Source: an uncultured Polyangiales bacterium (lineage in GTDB: Bacteria; Myxococcota_A; Polyangia; Polyangiales; GCA-016699535). Taken from it: a stretch of 64,000 bases of DNA. Numbering within the stretch: position 1 is the stretch's first letter; the number at the start of each line of letters is the position of its first letter. Below are positions 27,437-38,162 of this stretch, in pieces. Made by a program: the position numbers and the translations under genes. Location: NCBI GenBank assembly GCA_964640175.1, contig CAZXFW010000003.1:256072-320071 (forward strand), given 5' to 3'. The notes beneath the pieces are model-generated. The model had not been told where the DNA came from. It saw nothing but the letters and a program-made list of their open reading frames with translations, and searched no databases.

Positions 27437-29115
27437 AACGCTTTGGCAACCTCCACTACCATGGGTTTGGCACCAATCCGTTGCCCACTCAATGTATCAA
27501 TTACGGTTTGTGCAACTGACGTTGGGACATTCATAAAACTGTATACGTCCCGAACTTTCACGTGACTAATTTGCTCTGCACTTAATGCACACCGTTCAAC
27601 TACAAGACGTATGATTTTGGCGACATCGAATCCATCTTTTTTCCCGATACTGAGATACAACAATGTTCCTTCTGTCGAAGGCGCAGATGCAGGAATGGGA
27701 ATCGTCGGCTTGGTCCGCCGAGTTTTAGACCGCGAACGTGATGCAGACGGAAGTGATGCCGGCACGTCGTTCAGCTTTTTTGCGGGCTTCGGTATCACGC
27801 TTTTCGGCAAGTCTACTTCCTGCATTGCGGATGCTAAGCGTGCAACTAACTTAGACACAATGTCTTCAGCATCGAGACGCGCTAAAATGCGACGTGCCAC
27901 TCCCCGATCACTGTCAGTAATAATACTTTGTTCTCGCATGAGATCCGCCATGCGCTCAGTTTCACGGCGCGTCTTGTGCTCGCGTTCGGTAGGCAATGAA
28001 CGCTCGATGGGATGAATCTTGTATTGAAGACGCAAATAATACAGGCTTCCTATTTCTGCTGGTCCCACTAACGAAATGGCCGTTCCGGTACGACCTGCTC
28101 TTCCTGTACGGCCTGTGCGATGTACGTATTGCTCAGCAGAGTCTGGAAATGTGTAATTGATGACATGGGTGATATGTGAAATATCGATTCCTCGTGCTGC
28201 AACATCGGTAGCCACCAAATACCGAAGTTTTCCTGTTCTTGTGCGATCCAGTACAGCCTCGCGTTCACGCTGTGGCAAATCACCATTTAGCCATTCGGCA
28301 TCAAGCCCAGCGCTTCGCAAATCTTTAACGACCAATTCGGTTTGTGCCTTCGTATTACAAAAAATGAGAGCAGTCTCAGGGTTCTCGCCCTCCAAAATAG
28401 CCATCAAGTCACCCGTACGGTTTCTACCACTGACCAAGTAGACGTAATGACGAATACCTGCGGCTCCAACAGCATCACTGGACAGCGAAAGCACGACGGG
28501 ATCGATAAGATAGCGCTCAGACATGCGCCTGACGTCGTCTTCCACCGTCGCTGAAAAAAGCAATGTTTGCCGCGACTTAGGCAAATACGTCATGATTTCT
28601 TGTAACTCCTGAATAAAGCCCATGGATAACATTTCATCGGCCTCATCCAGAACAAGCACCTTGAGAGTGGCGGGATTGAGAGTACCTCGCGATAAATGAT
28701 CGAGCACTCGACCAGGAGTTCCAGACAAGATATGCGCACCAGCCCGTATCGCATCCACTTGCTGTTGCATACTGGCACCACCGTAGATCGCCTGTGTACG
28801 AATGCTTGTATTTGCAGCAATGCGGCCAAGCTCATTCGCACTCTGCAACGCCAGTTCACGCGTAGGCGCTAAAATCAGTGCCTGTGGTTCCGCTTTCGCC
28901 TCGATACGCTTATCAATCAGAGGAATCCCAAAAGCAGCCGTTTTTCCTGTTCCTGTTTGCGCCTGCACAATCAAATCCCGACCTTCTACGATGGGCGCAT
29001 AACTTTGAAGCTGCACAGGCGTCGGATGACAAAACCCCATTTGGCCAAGCGCCTGCCGCACTTCCAAGCGGAGTGGCAATACATCAAATGTTATCGAAGC
29101 TTCAGCCTCGGTCAT
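27433..29115 (-). CDS. DEAD-box ATP-dependent RNA helicase with DbpA-type C-terminal RNA-binding domain
   Basis: Q-motif PTPVQ, AQTGTGKT, DEAD, SAT and HRTGRTGRAG. Confidence 0.9.
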   Translation of the reverse strand: MTEAEASITFDVLPLRLEVRQALGQMGFCHPTPVQLQSYAPIVEGRDLIVQAQTGTGKTAAFGIPLIDKRIEAKAEPQALILAPTRELALQSANELGRIAANTSIRTQAIYGGASMQQQVDAIRAGAHILSGTPGRVLDHLSRGTLNPATLKVLVLDEADEMLSMGFIQELQEIMTYLPKSRQTLLFSATVEDDVRRMSERYLIDPVVLSLSSDAVGAAGIRHYVYLVSGRNRTGDLMAILEGENPETALIFCNTKAQTELVVKDLRSAGLDAEWLNGDLPQREREAVLDRTRTGKLRYLVATDVAARGIDISHITHVINYTFPDSAEQYVHRTGRTGRAGRTGTAISLVGPAEIGSLYYLRLQYKIHPIERSLPTEREHKTRRETERMADLMREQSIITDSDRGVARRILARLDAEDIVSKLVARLASAMQEVDLPKSVIPKPAKKLNDVPASLPSASRSRSKTRRTKPTIPIPASAPSTEGTLLYLSIGKKDGFDVAKIIRLVVERCALSAEQISHVKVRDVYSFMNVPTSVAQTVIDTLSGQRIGAKPMVVEVAKAL

Positions 29116-29299
29116 GAGCGCAACAACTTACAGGATGAGAAACTGGTGATCCAAACACTTGTGGGATTAATGACACGAAAGCAACCACCACAACATATAC
29201 GACAAGCACCCAATATATGATAATCCCTACCCTTCGCCCAATTCGGGCCTCGCGACTGGATTCTACGGAATCAGTACTTTCGGACGGTGAAGCGTGCAT
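29102..29299 (-). CDS. Possible small membrane protein (65 aa)
   Basis: One hydrophobic helix, IIIYWVLVVYVVVVAFVSLI. Fills the gap between the response regulator and the helicase and overlaps the helicase start by 14 nt. No other support. Confidence 0.25.
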   Translation of the reverse strand: MHASPSESTDSVESSREARIGRRVGIIIYWVLVVYVVVVAFVSLIPQVFGSPVSHPVSCCAHDRG

Positions 29300-29305
29300 G
29301 ATTAA

Positions 29306-30031
29306 CTAAACATCTGAGGGGCCAGACTCAGCGGCGATTAGCTTATACCCCAGGCCATGGACCGTGAGCAAATACCTTGGCTTATCAGGATGTGGCTCAA
29401 TCTTCTTACGAAGCTTAACAATAAAGTTGTCTACGGTGCGATTGTAAGGTGACGGTTGCACACCCCATATGTTCTCTAAGATATCTTCACGAGTTCGAGG
29501 CTTACCACGGTACTGATACAAATACGCCAACAAGACGCTTTCATAATAAGAAAGGTGAGTAATTTTGGAATCCTGCGTCAACGTATGCGCATACGTATCC
29601 ACCAATGTGTTACCGACCCAAAATTGGCTCTGTGTCGCAGTCGTCCTCTCAGTTCTGCGTAAAAGCGCTCGAAGCCTGGCAACGAGCTCACCCACGGAAA
29701 AAGGTTTGGTGACATAATCATCTGCTCCGGAATCAAGCCCTCTGATCTTATCTGACTCTTCAGATCGAGCGGTCAACATGATTACGGGGACCTCTCGATG
29801 CAAACGGCGGATGCGCTCACACACCTGAAATCCATTAATATCAGGAAGCATCAAATCCAAGATGACACAATCAGGTTTTGCCGTGCCAAATTGACTAATG
29901 GCATCCGTCCCTGTCTTGGCATGCACGACATGATAACCTTCAAACTCAAGCGCATCACCCAGCCCCATCGCAAGACTAGGATCGTCTTCTACAAGCAATA
30001 CCGTGCGCTGATTTTTACTCTTGCTCGACAT
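29306..30031 (-). CDS. OmpR/PhoB-family response regulator
   Basis: Receiver domain (LLVEDD, ILDLMLPDING, TARSEESDK) plus a winged-helix C-terminus (LTVHGLGYKL). Confidence 0.9.
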   Translation of the reverse strand: MSSKSKNQRTVLLVEDDPSLAMGLGDALEFEGYHVVHAKTGTDAISQFGTAKPDCVILDLMLPDINGFQVCERIRRLHREVPVIMLTARSEESDKIRGLDSGADDYVTKPFSVGELVARLRALLRRTERTTATQSQFWVGNTLVDTYAHTLTQDSKITHLSYYESVLLAYLYQYRGKPRTREDILENIWGVQPSPYNRTVDNFIVKLRKKIEPHPDKPRYLLTVHGLGYKLIAAESGPSDV

Positions 30032-30048
30032 AGCGTTATGACACCCAA

Positions 30049-31608
30049 CTAAACTCGTGAATCACTGGGTTTTTGAGACCCAGAATTTATGACCTGAATT
30101 GGAATGCTAAATCCCACTTCGGCACCCCCTTCAGTTCGGTTTTTAGCCCAAACTCGACCCCCGTGCCCCTCCGCAATATATTTTACCAATGAAAGACCAA
30201 TGCCAGATCCACGCACCTGCAAGTATCTTTTACTACGATAAAACCGCTCAAACACTTTGGTAAGATCACCCGCAGGAATACCTTCTCCTCTGTCCTGTAC
30301 AAACACATCCACCTGTTTTGCTCTTGGCTTTACATTCACATCGACCTGCGTCCCGCCGTATTTGGCAGCGTTGTCCAACAAGTTAATCACTGCGAGTACT
30401 ACAGCCTGTTCATCAAAAGATACACGAGGAATATTGGGATCCAGGTGTAATGTCACCGTCTTTCCCTCCCGTTCAACACGGTGGCGAAACGTTTCAACAG
30501 CACGAGCTACGGTCTCCCCCAAATTCCCTTCCACTAACTCATAGGTGCGCTTTTTGCTTTCTACGGCTGAAAAATCCAACACATTTTCAATCAAGGTGCT
30601 TAAGTGTTCACTTTCTCGGCCAATAATTTCGAGGTATTCTTGCTTCTTCTCTGCGCTGGCCACACGTCCTGACAACAATAGCTCAGCAAACATACGCACT
30701 ACAGAAAGAGGCGTTTTTAATTCATGGGACACATTGGCCAAAAATTCCGTTTTCAGCGTATTGAGCTTGCGCTCCTTTTCAACCACGTACAACAAGAGCA
30801 CAATGCCCGATATAATTACGGTAAACGCAAAAAAGATCAGAGCTGCCTCATTGAAGCGTCTGCTTCGACCCTTTGCTTCCAGCTGTGGCGCATGCTTAGG
30901 CGCTGCCTGCAATCGCCATCCGTAAAACGTTGTAGGAAAACGTTTCCCTACGACATACACCCCTGCATCGGTAAGAGAAATACCATAGACGCGACGGTTG
31001 TTTTCATCCACCACATTAAAGATATGCCCTCCTTCATTGGTTTGAAGAAGCGCCGGGAATACCTCGCGAATGACATAGCCCACGTCATGCTGAAGCACTA
31101 AGACATAACGACTCCCATCAATCTCCTGCATCTTGTATGAAAGCAAATAGTTGCGTCCCTCAAACACTGTATGCAAATGCTGAAGCTCACCTGTTTTAGT
31201 GTCCTGTAGCTCCAATTGTTTGAGAAGTTCCTTCTCAAACGTCCGCAGGAACGCACGGCTATCTTGCCGCCCGGCACGCGTTACATAGACAACAACATCC
31301 AATTTATCATTTAAGATGATGAGGGATCGCACACTTGGAAACGCTTGAGAGCTCGTCTCCATAAAACGAGCTTTTAACTCCTCGACATCATCCAAACCGA
31401 CCAACTCAAACACGGCATTGTCTGCTTGAATAATCCGTTTCTCGATGCGTTCAATTTTCTGTTCAACCAACAGTACCAATGACTGCGCAATTGAGCGTGC
31501 TCCCAAGGACTCGTACTGTGACGCCGTTTGATACGTGTAATACCCAAGGACCACCGCTGCAACTACAATTGCAAGAATTAAACTCCAATAAATACGCCGA
31601 CTTTGCAT
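30049..31608 (-). CDS. Sensor histidine kinase (two TM, periplasmic sensor)
   Basis: H-box SHELKTPL, N-box LLDNAAKY, G-boxes DRGEGI and GSGIGL. Confidence 0.9.
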   Translation of the reverse strand: MQSRRIYWSLILAIVVAAVVLGYYTYQTASQYESLGARSIAQSLVLLVEQKIERIEKRIIQADNAVFELVGLDDVEELKARFMETSSQAFPSVRSLIILNDKLDVVVYVTRAGRQDSRAFLRTFEKELLKQLELQDTKTGELQHLHTVFEGRNYLLSYKMQEIDGSRYVLVLQHDVGYVIREVFPALLQTNEGGHIFNVVDENNRRVYGISLTDAGVYVVGKRFPTTFYGWRLQAAPKHAPQLEAKGRSRRFNEAALIFFAFTVIISGIVLLLYVVEKERKLNTLKTEFLANVSHELKTPLSVVRMFAELLLSGRVASAEKKQEYLEIIGRESEHLSTLIENVLDFSAVESKKRTYELVEGNLGETVARAVETFRHRVEREGKTVTLHLDPNIPRVSFDEQAVVLAVINLLDNAAKYGGTQVDVNVKPRAKQVDVFVQDRGEGIPAGDLTKVFERFYRSKRYLQVRGSGIGLSLVKYIAEGHGGRVWAKNRTEGGAEVGFSIPIQVINSGSQKPSDSRV

Positions 31609-32633
31609 TACGGATCACGCTCAGATCGCAGCATCCGCGACATCAAGGTGCTTGCGGCTTCTGTCGCAGGCTTCCCCTCGTAGAGCACTTTATAAACCTC
31701 ACTCGTAATGGGCATATCCACCCCTTCACGCTTCGCCAAATGGTACGCACTCTGCGCTGTACGGACACCTTCTGCCACCATGCTCATACCGGCCAGAATG
31801 TCTTGTAGCTTTCTGCCTCGGCCTAGCTCCAACCCCAATGAACGATTACGTGACAGGTCTACCGTGCAGGTAAGCACGAGATCGCCCATTCCACTTAAGC
31901 CCGCAAGCGTGAGAGGGTGTGCACCGAGCTTGACTGCCAACCGTGAAATCTCCGTAAGCCCACGGGTAATCAAACCGGCCCTTGTATTGTGACCCATGCC
32001 CAATCCATCCGCAACACCTACGGCAATCGCAATCACATTCTTTAGCGCACCTCCAATTTCCACTCCTATCAAATCATCAGAGGTGTAAACACGAAAACGC
32101 GTTGTAGCCAATGCGTGCTGCACGTGCTTCGTGGTTTGTTCGTCTTGCCCTGCAACTACGACCGCTGTTGGAATTGCAGAGACGACCTCTTGGGCAAAAC
32201 TTGGGCCTGACATCACACAAATGTATCGCTGTTGCTCCTTAGGCAAATATTCGCCCACCACTTCCGATCCGCGCAAGAGAGTCACATTCTCAATGCCCTT
32301 GGATGCCACAACCACAGGCACATCCGAAGGAACATCGGCTTTGGCAATCTCATACACTCCACGAAGCCCATGAGTCGGAACGGCCGAGATAATTATGTCC
32401 GCCTGTTTTAATGCGTGTTTAAGATCGGCTGTGACGGTGAGACTGGAAGGCAGATCATAGTTAGGCAAGTAAAACGAATTCTGACGGTGCTCCGCCAACG
32501 CTTTGGCATGAGTTTCTTGCCGAGCCCATAAAACTACGTGATGGCCTTTATCAGCTAACAGTCCCGCAAGCGCAGTTCCCCAAGAACCAGCTCCCAAGAC
32601 CGTAATGCGCGAGCCTTGCATGTGCCCGACCAT
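31608..32633 (-). CDS. gpsA: NAD(P)H-dependent glycerol-3-phosphate dehydrogenase
   Basis: ITVLGAGSWGTALA Rossmann motif and the conserved GALKNVIAIA. Confidence 0.95.
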   Translation of the reverse strand: MVGHMQGSRITVLGAGSWGTALAGLLADKGHHVVLWARQETHAKALAEHRQNSFYLPNYDLPSSLTVTADLKHALKQADIIISAVPTHGLRGVYEIAKADVPSDVPVVVASKGIENVTLLRGSEVVGEYLPKEQQRYICVMSGPSFAQEVVSAIPTAVVVAGQDEQTTKHVQHALATTRFRVYTSDDLIGVEIGGALKNVIAIAVGVADGLGMGHNTRAGLITRGLTEISRLAVKLGAHPLTLAGLSGMGDLVLTCTVDLSRNRSLGLELGRGRKLQDILAGMSMVAEGVRTAQSAYHLAKREGVDMPITSEVYKVLYEGKPATEAASTLMSRMLRSERDP

Positions 32634-32659
32634 ACCAAAAGTAAGCTCCTGGCCAAGCG

Positions 32660-35128
32660 TCAGCCCGCCGAAACGCTCATAGGCTTCGCTTTCGCTCCCT
32701 TTTTACTCTTCTTTTCGGACATCCCAAGTTGCAATTTTTCAGGGTTTTCTAAAGCGTGCGCCAAAACTTCATCCATTTTAGTCACGTAAACAAACTCAAG
32801 GGTATCTCGCACTTCTTGCGGAACTTCCTCAATATCAGCAGAACAGCGTTCAGGCATAATCACCCGCTTAATACCCGCTCGATGTGCAGCTAACACTTTT
32901 TCTTTGATACCGCCTACAGGAAGCACGCGCCCGCGCAACGTGATCTCGCCTGTCATTGCCACATCATGACGCACGCGTATCCCGGTAAGCAGTGAAACCA
33001 AAGCCGTCATCATCGTGACACCAGCGCTTGGACCATCCTTCGGCATCGCACCGGCAGGAATGTGAATGTGGATATCACTCTTGTTCAAAAAGTCCTCAGG
33101 AATATTGAACTGTTTGGCGCGCGCCCGGACAAAACTAAGCGCGGCCTGGGCAGACTCCTTCATGACTTCGCCAAGCTGACCTGTCAGCTGAAGCTTCCCT
33201 GAACCATGCATCCGCGTCGCTTCGATAAAAAGTATCTCCCCACCGACGGCAGTCCAGGCCAACCCGGTGGCCACACCGGCTTCTTCCACACGCTCTGCAA
33301 CCTCAGAAGTATAGCGTGCTGGGCCCAAATAAGGACGCAAGTCTCCCTCGGTCGCCATCGCAAATGGACCAGTCTCGCCTTCGGCCACCCTGACGGCAAT
33401 CCCGCGAATCACAGACGCCAATTGGCGCTCAAGATTACGAACGCCTGCTTCACGTGTGTAATGGTCAATCACAGCTTCAGCAGCAGGATCCTTGAACTCA
33501 AGAATTTTTGACGTAATGCCATGTTCTTCAAGCTGCTTAGGAATTAAATGTTGCCGCGCAATATCGAGCTTTTCTTTACGCGTATACCCTGGGATTTCCA
33601 GGATCTCCATACGATCTCTAAGTGCAGGCGGAATCGTATCCCCTACGTTTGCCGTAGCAATAAACATAACTTTGGAAAGATCGTAAGGAATCTCCAGGTA
33701 ATGATCGGAAAATGTGTCGTTCTGCTCTGGATCAAGCACTTCTAACAAAGCAGCAGCAGGATCGCCCCGGAAATCATGTCCGATTTTATCGATCTCATCT
33801 AACATGAAAACCGGATTAACAGTGCCCGCCTTCTTCATGCTTTGGATGACCTGCCCAGGCAATGCACCTACATACGTGCGACGATGCCCTCGAATGGCTG
33901 CTTCATCATGAACGCCACCTAAAGACATGCGAACAAACTTCCGTCCGAGCGCTCGCGCCACCGATCGCCCCAGTGATGTTTTACCAACACCAGGCGGTCC
34001 GATGAGACAGAGGATGGGCCCTTTTTTATCCTTCTTCAGCTTCCGTACTGCAAGATACTCCACAATACGCTTTTTAACTTTCTCTAGACCTGAATGATCT
34101 TCATTCAACACCGTACGAACCGCAGCAATATCCATTTTATCGGTTGTGGCGTGTTTCCAAGGAACATCCAAAATCCAATCGATGTACGTCCGAACTACCG
34201 TGTATTCAGCAGAACCCACTTGCATCGAACGCAACCGCTTGAGCTGCTTACGTGAAACGCTTTCCGCTTCTTTGGGGAGGCTTGACTTGGTGATTCGCTC
34301 TTCCAACACATCCAAATCACTTTGATCGCCGTCTTCTTCACCCAGTTCTTCTTTAATGGCTTTGAGCTGTTGGCGCAGCACATACTCCCGCTGATTTTTC
34401 CCCATCTCTTCTTTGATCTGAGAGTTAATGCGCTCACGCATTTTCAGAATCTCAAGTTGGCGGGTCAAAAGCCGCAACACCTTACGGATGCGCTCCTTGG
34501 GATCAATGGTTTCGAGCAGCGTGTTCTTTTCGTCGACAGGTGCATCTAGATTCGTGGCCACAAGATCCGCCAACTGACTGGGCTCCTGCATGGAGTCGAT
34601 GAGTGAGCTTGCTTCGCGTGGCAACTCGGGCATCAACTGAATCACCTGTTTTGCGATATCCCGCAGACTCATCGCCAACGCTTCTGCCTCTACATCGTTG
34701 TGCTTCACTTCTTTAACACGACTTACCCGTGCGGTAAGATAGGGAGTCCCAGAGATGACCTGCTCCAAACGAATGCGGCCCATGCCTTGCAAGATCAAAC
34801 TGTAATTACCCGATGAGTGCTTCAAGGCCTTGAGTACGCGTGCCACTACCCCAACGGGGTAAAGATCATCCTGCATGGGGTCATCCGTTGCAGGATCACG
34901 CTGAGAAAAAATCCCTATGACAGGCTGCTCACGACCCTCAAGATCTTCCACAAGAGACACGGATTTTTCTCGGCCTACATCAAAGGGGGCTACGGCCCCA
35001 GGAAATAGTACGGCGTTACGAATAGGCAATATAGGTAGCTCATCCGGAAGCGGCGTATCGTCATCCAATTGCGCCAACTCCAGCTCTTCGGTTTTTTCAT
35101 GCTTGCGATCGTCGTCTGACATACCCAC
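32660..35128 (-). CDS. lon: ATP-dependent Lon protease
   Basis: 822 aa with [14 protein letters not shown], Walker [10 protein letters not shown], and the catalytic PKDGPSAG. Confidence 0.97.
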   Translation of the reverse strand: MGMSDDDRKHEKTEELELAQLDDDTPLPDELPILPIRNAVLFPGAVAPFDVGREKSVSLVEDLEGREQPVIGIFSQRDPATDDPMQDDLYPVGVVARVLKALKHSSGNYSLILQGMGRIRLEQVISGTPYLTARVSRVKEVKHNDVEAEALAMSLRDIAKQVIQLMPELPREASSLIDSMQEPSQLADLVATNLDAPVDEKNTLLETIDPKERIRKVLRLLTRQLEILKMRERINSQIKEEMGKNQREYVLRQQLKAIKEELGEEDGDQSDLDVLEERITKSSLPKEAESVSRKQLKRLRSMQVGSAEYTVVRTYIDWILDVPWKHATTDKMDIAAVRTVLNEDHSGLEKVKKRIVEYLAVRKLKKDKKGPILCLIGPPGVGKTSLGRSVARALGRKFVRMSLGGVHDEAAIRGHRRTYVGALPGQVIQSMKKAGTVNPVFMLDEIDKIGHDFRGDPAAALLEVLDPEQNDTFSDHYLEIPYDLSKVMFIATANVGDTIPPALRDRMEILEIPGYTRKEKLDIARQHLIPKQLEEHGITSKILEFKDPAAEAVIDHYTREAGVRNLERQLASVIRGIAVRVAEGETGPFAMATEGDLRPYLGPARYTSEVAERVEEAGVATGLAWTAVGGEILFIEATRMHGSGKLQLTGQLGEVMKESAQAALSFVRARAKQFNIPEDFLNKSDIHIHIPAGAMPKDGPSAGVTMMTALVSLLTGIRVRHDVAMTGEITLRGRVLPVGGIKEKVLAAHRAGIKRVIMPERCSADIEEVPQEVRDTLEFVYVTKMDEVLAHALENPEKLQLGMSEKKSKKGAKAKPMSVSAG

Positions 35129-35367
35129 CTTCTACTGTGCTGTGCCTGAGGTTTGTATCTTTGCACAGATCCTCGGACTGTGGCCAACTTAGAACCTAGT
35201 CACGCAAAGAGGCCGCGGCAAGAGCCACTTGGAATTTTCAAAGGAAATTGGTCAAATCCAAGCGTATTTTAATGCTTGTCACACAAGACCTTACAGCATG
35301 ACACCCTTAAATCGATGAATTTTCGATTGTTTAAAAGCACTACCCGCCTTAGCCATCCCATCCTAAT

Positions 35368-37044
35368 TTAAGGCGAACTAACTGACAGTTCCGCCTTCCA
35401 AGACTGGTGCAATTCGACATACGCACGGTACTGAGCTTGTTGTTCGGCGGCTTGTTGTGGTGACCACTCAAGCAGTTTGGACATCATCGCGGTCACCGCA
35501 TCTAACGCCGTAAGCCCGTGATGAACATCGCGGAAAAATAACTGAGTGCGTCGCACAAAAAAATCGGACAACGCAGTCGCAAACTCTTCTTCGACAGCCC
35601 AATAGACTTGAGCCAGAATCTCCGGTCGACCTGCAACCAACGGCGTGGCCAACGTTGCATGCTTAGCACACAAGGCAGCAATTTCGAGAGCACGCTGTCC
35701 ATACATCTCTACTAAATAATGTGCGCTATGTGAAGACACACTTCCTTGGCTATCTTGTTGAACTCGTTCTACCACGTGCACATGCCTGCTCAGCCCTACC
35801 GCACCAGGCAACGGATTGCGATCGGTGCGAGAGCAATGCGTCGGCAATTTTCCATCATCCCTTCGTCGCAGCTCTTTCCCTAGTGTGTTCACCGTTTGCT
35901 TGGCAATAAGACGATACGTCGTAAGCTTCCCCCCCGCTACCGTCACTACGCCATCGTTACCAACATAAATTTCATGTTCGCGACTGATCGACGATGGCGC
36001 TTTTTGAGCCTGAGCCTTCGGACGAATGAGGGGGCGAAGCCCAGCCCATGTGGTGACAACATCCTCAGTTGTCAGAGGGTAACTAGGAAAATACACACGC
36101 GTGGCTGCCAATAAATAGTTAACATCCTGCAGTTCTGCATGCACCTCTTCGGGGTTGCCCTCATAAGGCGTATCGGTGGTCCCTACATACGTCAGATCAC
36201 CCCACGGAATGGCAAACAACACACGCTGGTCTTGTGGGTGAAAACATGTGACGGCATGATGAAGCGGCAACTTCACATGACGAACCGCTATATGAACTCC
36301 TTTTGTCAGCTCAAGCAGTGGAGCGGCACCTTCAGCATCGAGTGCCAACGTGGCATCTGTCCATGGGCCTGTCGCATTAACCACAATACGCGCAGACACT
36401 GACTGGCGTCGTTTCGAGATGTTGTCCTCCACCTCTACTCGCGCTACACGCCCTGTATTGTCTTTGTGTAAAGCGACTACTTTACATTGCGGAACGACGA
36501 CCGTCCCAGCGAACGCTGCATCTATCGCAGTCTCCAACGTCAGCCGAGCATCATCCGTAGCACAATCATAATATAAGGGAGCCCCTTTGAGCCCCTCTGC
36601 CCTAAGCCCAGGCTCGGTTTTGATCGTATTCCTGGGAGAGAGCACGCGATGCAACCGCGGTGAACGGAACAAGGACAACACGTCGTACACCCACATCCCA
36701 AGACGCAGTAACCAAAGTGTGACCTTTGAACCCACATAAATGGGGAAAAGGAATGCCAGTGGCCTTACAAGATGGGGTGCGATGCGCTGCAACACTCTGC
36801 GCTCTTGCACGGATTCAAACACCAACCCAAATCGCAACTGCTCAAGATACCGCAGTCCGCCATGCACCAATTTGGAAGAACGCGAACTCGTGCCATAGGC
36901 AATGTCGTATTGATCCAGCAATGCGACGCGCAAACCCCGTCTCGCTGCTTCACGCGCAACACCGCTCCCTATGATGCCTGCACCTATGACAAGAACATCA
37001 AACGTCCGTTCAAGCTGGCCCCACATCTTATCGCGTGGTGTCAT
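35368..37044 (-). CDS. glpD: FAD-dependent glycerol-3-phosphate dehydrogenase/oxidase
   Basis: 558 aa with the FAD motif VLVIGAGIIGSGVAREAARRG and SSRSSKLVHGGLRYL. Confidence 0.9.
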   Translation of the reverse strand: MTPRDKMWGQLERTFDVLVIGAGIIGSGVAREAARRGLRVALLDQYDIAYGTSSRSSKLVHGGLRYLEQLRFGLVFESVQERRVLQRIAPHLVRPLAFLFPIYVGSKVTLWLLRLGMWVYDVLSLFRSPRLHRVLSPRNTIKTEPGLRAEGLKGAPLYYDCATDDARLTLETAIDAAFAGTVVVPQCKVVALHKDNTGRVARVEVEDNISKRRQSVSARIVVNATGPWTDATLALDAEGAAPLLELTKGVHIAVRHVKLPLHHAVTCFHPQDQRVLFAIPWGDLTYVGTTDTPYEGNPEEVHAELQDVNYLLAATRVYFPSYPLTTEDVVTTWAGLRPLIRPKAQAQKAPSSISREHEIYVGNDGVVTVAGGKLTTYRLIAKQTVNTLGKELRRRDDGKLPTHCSRTDRNPLPGAVGLSRHVHVVERVQQDSQGSVSSHSAHYLVEMYGQRALEIAALCAKHATLATPLVAGRPEILAQVYWAVEEEFATALSDFFVRRTQLFFRDVHHGLTALDAVTAMMSKLLEWSPQQAAEQQAQYRAYVELHQSWKAELSVSSP

Positions 37045-37214
37045 GCCATGCTGTGTAGACCAGGTGGCCTCGCCTTACTAGTCCATCCCGTATTCAGCAG
37101 TCTTCACGCCTTTTCCCTCTGCTCCGGTAACATTCCTTTTGAGGCAATCCGAGCTGGGGGATTTCGCTTGCAGCCGCTTTGGCCCGTGCTATCTTTTCGC
37201 CTGAAAGGAAACGC

Positions 37215-38048
37215 ATGATGCGATGGAATTCTTGGTGGGTGTTCTTTCTTCTGTGGTGCACCGCGTGTGGAGCAGATATCCCCGAGACACTGTCACAAGC
37301 CGATCGCTCTGGACAGACTACGCCACAATCGGTTGATGCACTCGTCGAAATAGCATGTGAGCCTGATGTGCAGGCGTATCTTGAGGAGTTCTTGTCAAGC
37401 GTCGTGGCAAATACAAGGGTTAGCGAACGACCCACAACGGTCACACCGATCATTGCCGCACTTAACAACGCCACTCAGCAAAGTCTTGAAACTGTATCAG
37501 AGCCAGAGGTATTGATTGAGGACTCCGCGACACTCAGAGACATTATCAAATCGGGCGCGTGGGGTGTGAACGCTGATGCATCCTCAATTGTTTTTCTTTG
37601 GCGTCCTCAGTTGGGATTTCGTTTCGATGTAGAGTGGGATGACAACGGGCGGCTTGTTCCTATAAACGTACAATCACTGTTTTCTGAGTCTGCATGTCGA
37701 GATTTGTATCAACCCATCCACTTTAGCGCTTGCATGAAGGAAAGCGTTTTATCTCAGCATCTCGGCATTGAATTGTCAGATTTTAAGGTTGATCTCTGCC
37801 GTGACAGAGGCTGCGAGTTTAGCACTCGGGTATCTTTCCAGGTGGAGCCAGGCACACACATCGAGTCTGCTCAACTGCGTACGAGTAATGCGTATGAGTG
37901 GACTGATTTTAGTCGGCAAGGGGATACGTTCTCAATTGAGGCGCACTATGCTCAACACGGTGAGTTTCAAATTTATTTGGCCACGCTACTCGGCACCTGG
38001 ACAGGCTGCTATTCCATGTCTGAATATGATGGCGTACGTCTCGATTGA
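37215..38048 (+). CDS. Secreted protein / possible lipoprotein, unknown function
   Basis: RBS AAAGGA lies 5 nt before ATG 37215. Signal MMRWNSWWVFFLLWCTAC. No motif recognised. Confidence 0.6.
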   Translation: MMRWNSWWVFFLLWCTACGADIPETLSQADRSGQTTPQSVDALVEIACEPDVQAYLEEFLSSVVANTRVSERPTTVTPIIAALNNATQQSLETVSEPEVLIEDSATLRDIIKSGAWGVNADASSIVFLWRPQLGFRFDVEWDDNGRLVPINVQSLFSESACRDLYQPIHFSACMKESVLSQHLGIELSDFKVDLCRDRGCEFSTRVSFQVEPGTHIESAQLRTSNAYEWTDFSRQGDTFSIEAHYAQHGEFQIYLATLLGTWTGCYSMSEYDGVRLD

Positions 38049-38162
38049 CGCAATGCGTCACGGCTGACTTCGTGAGACTCGCTTCCTAGTTAATTATCGC
38101 CGACATTGATTTCAACTTGCGTAAAGCTGACTTGAAACATGGAATTGGTGAGCGATCAGAAT

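Noticed and set aside
38046-38060. Perfect palindrome TGACGCAaTGCGTCA at the end of the 37215-38048 gene
   Set aside because: Seven-bp arms with a fixed 1-nt spacer are expected about four times by chance in 64 kb. A 1-nt loop cannot form a terminator hairpin, and there is no adjacent promoter.
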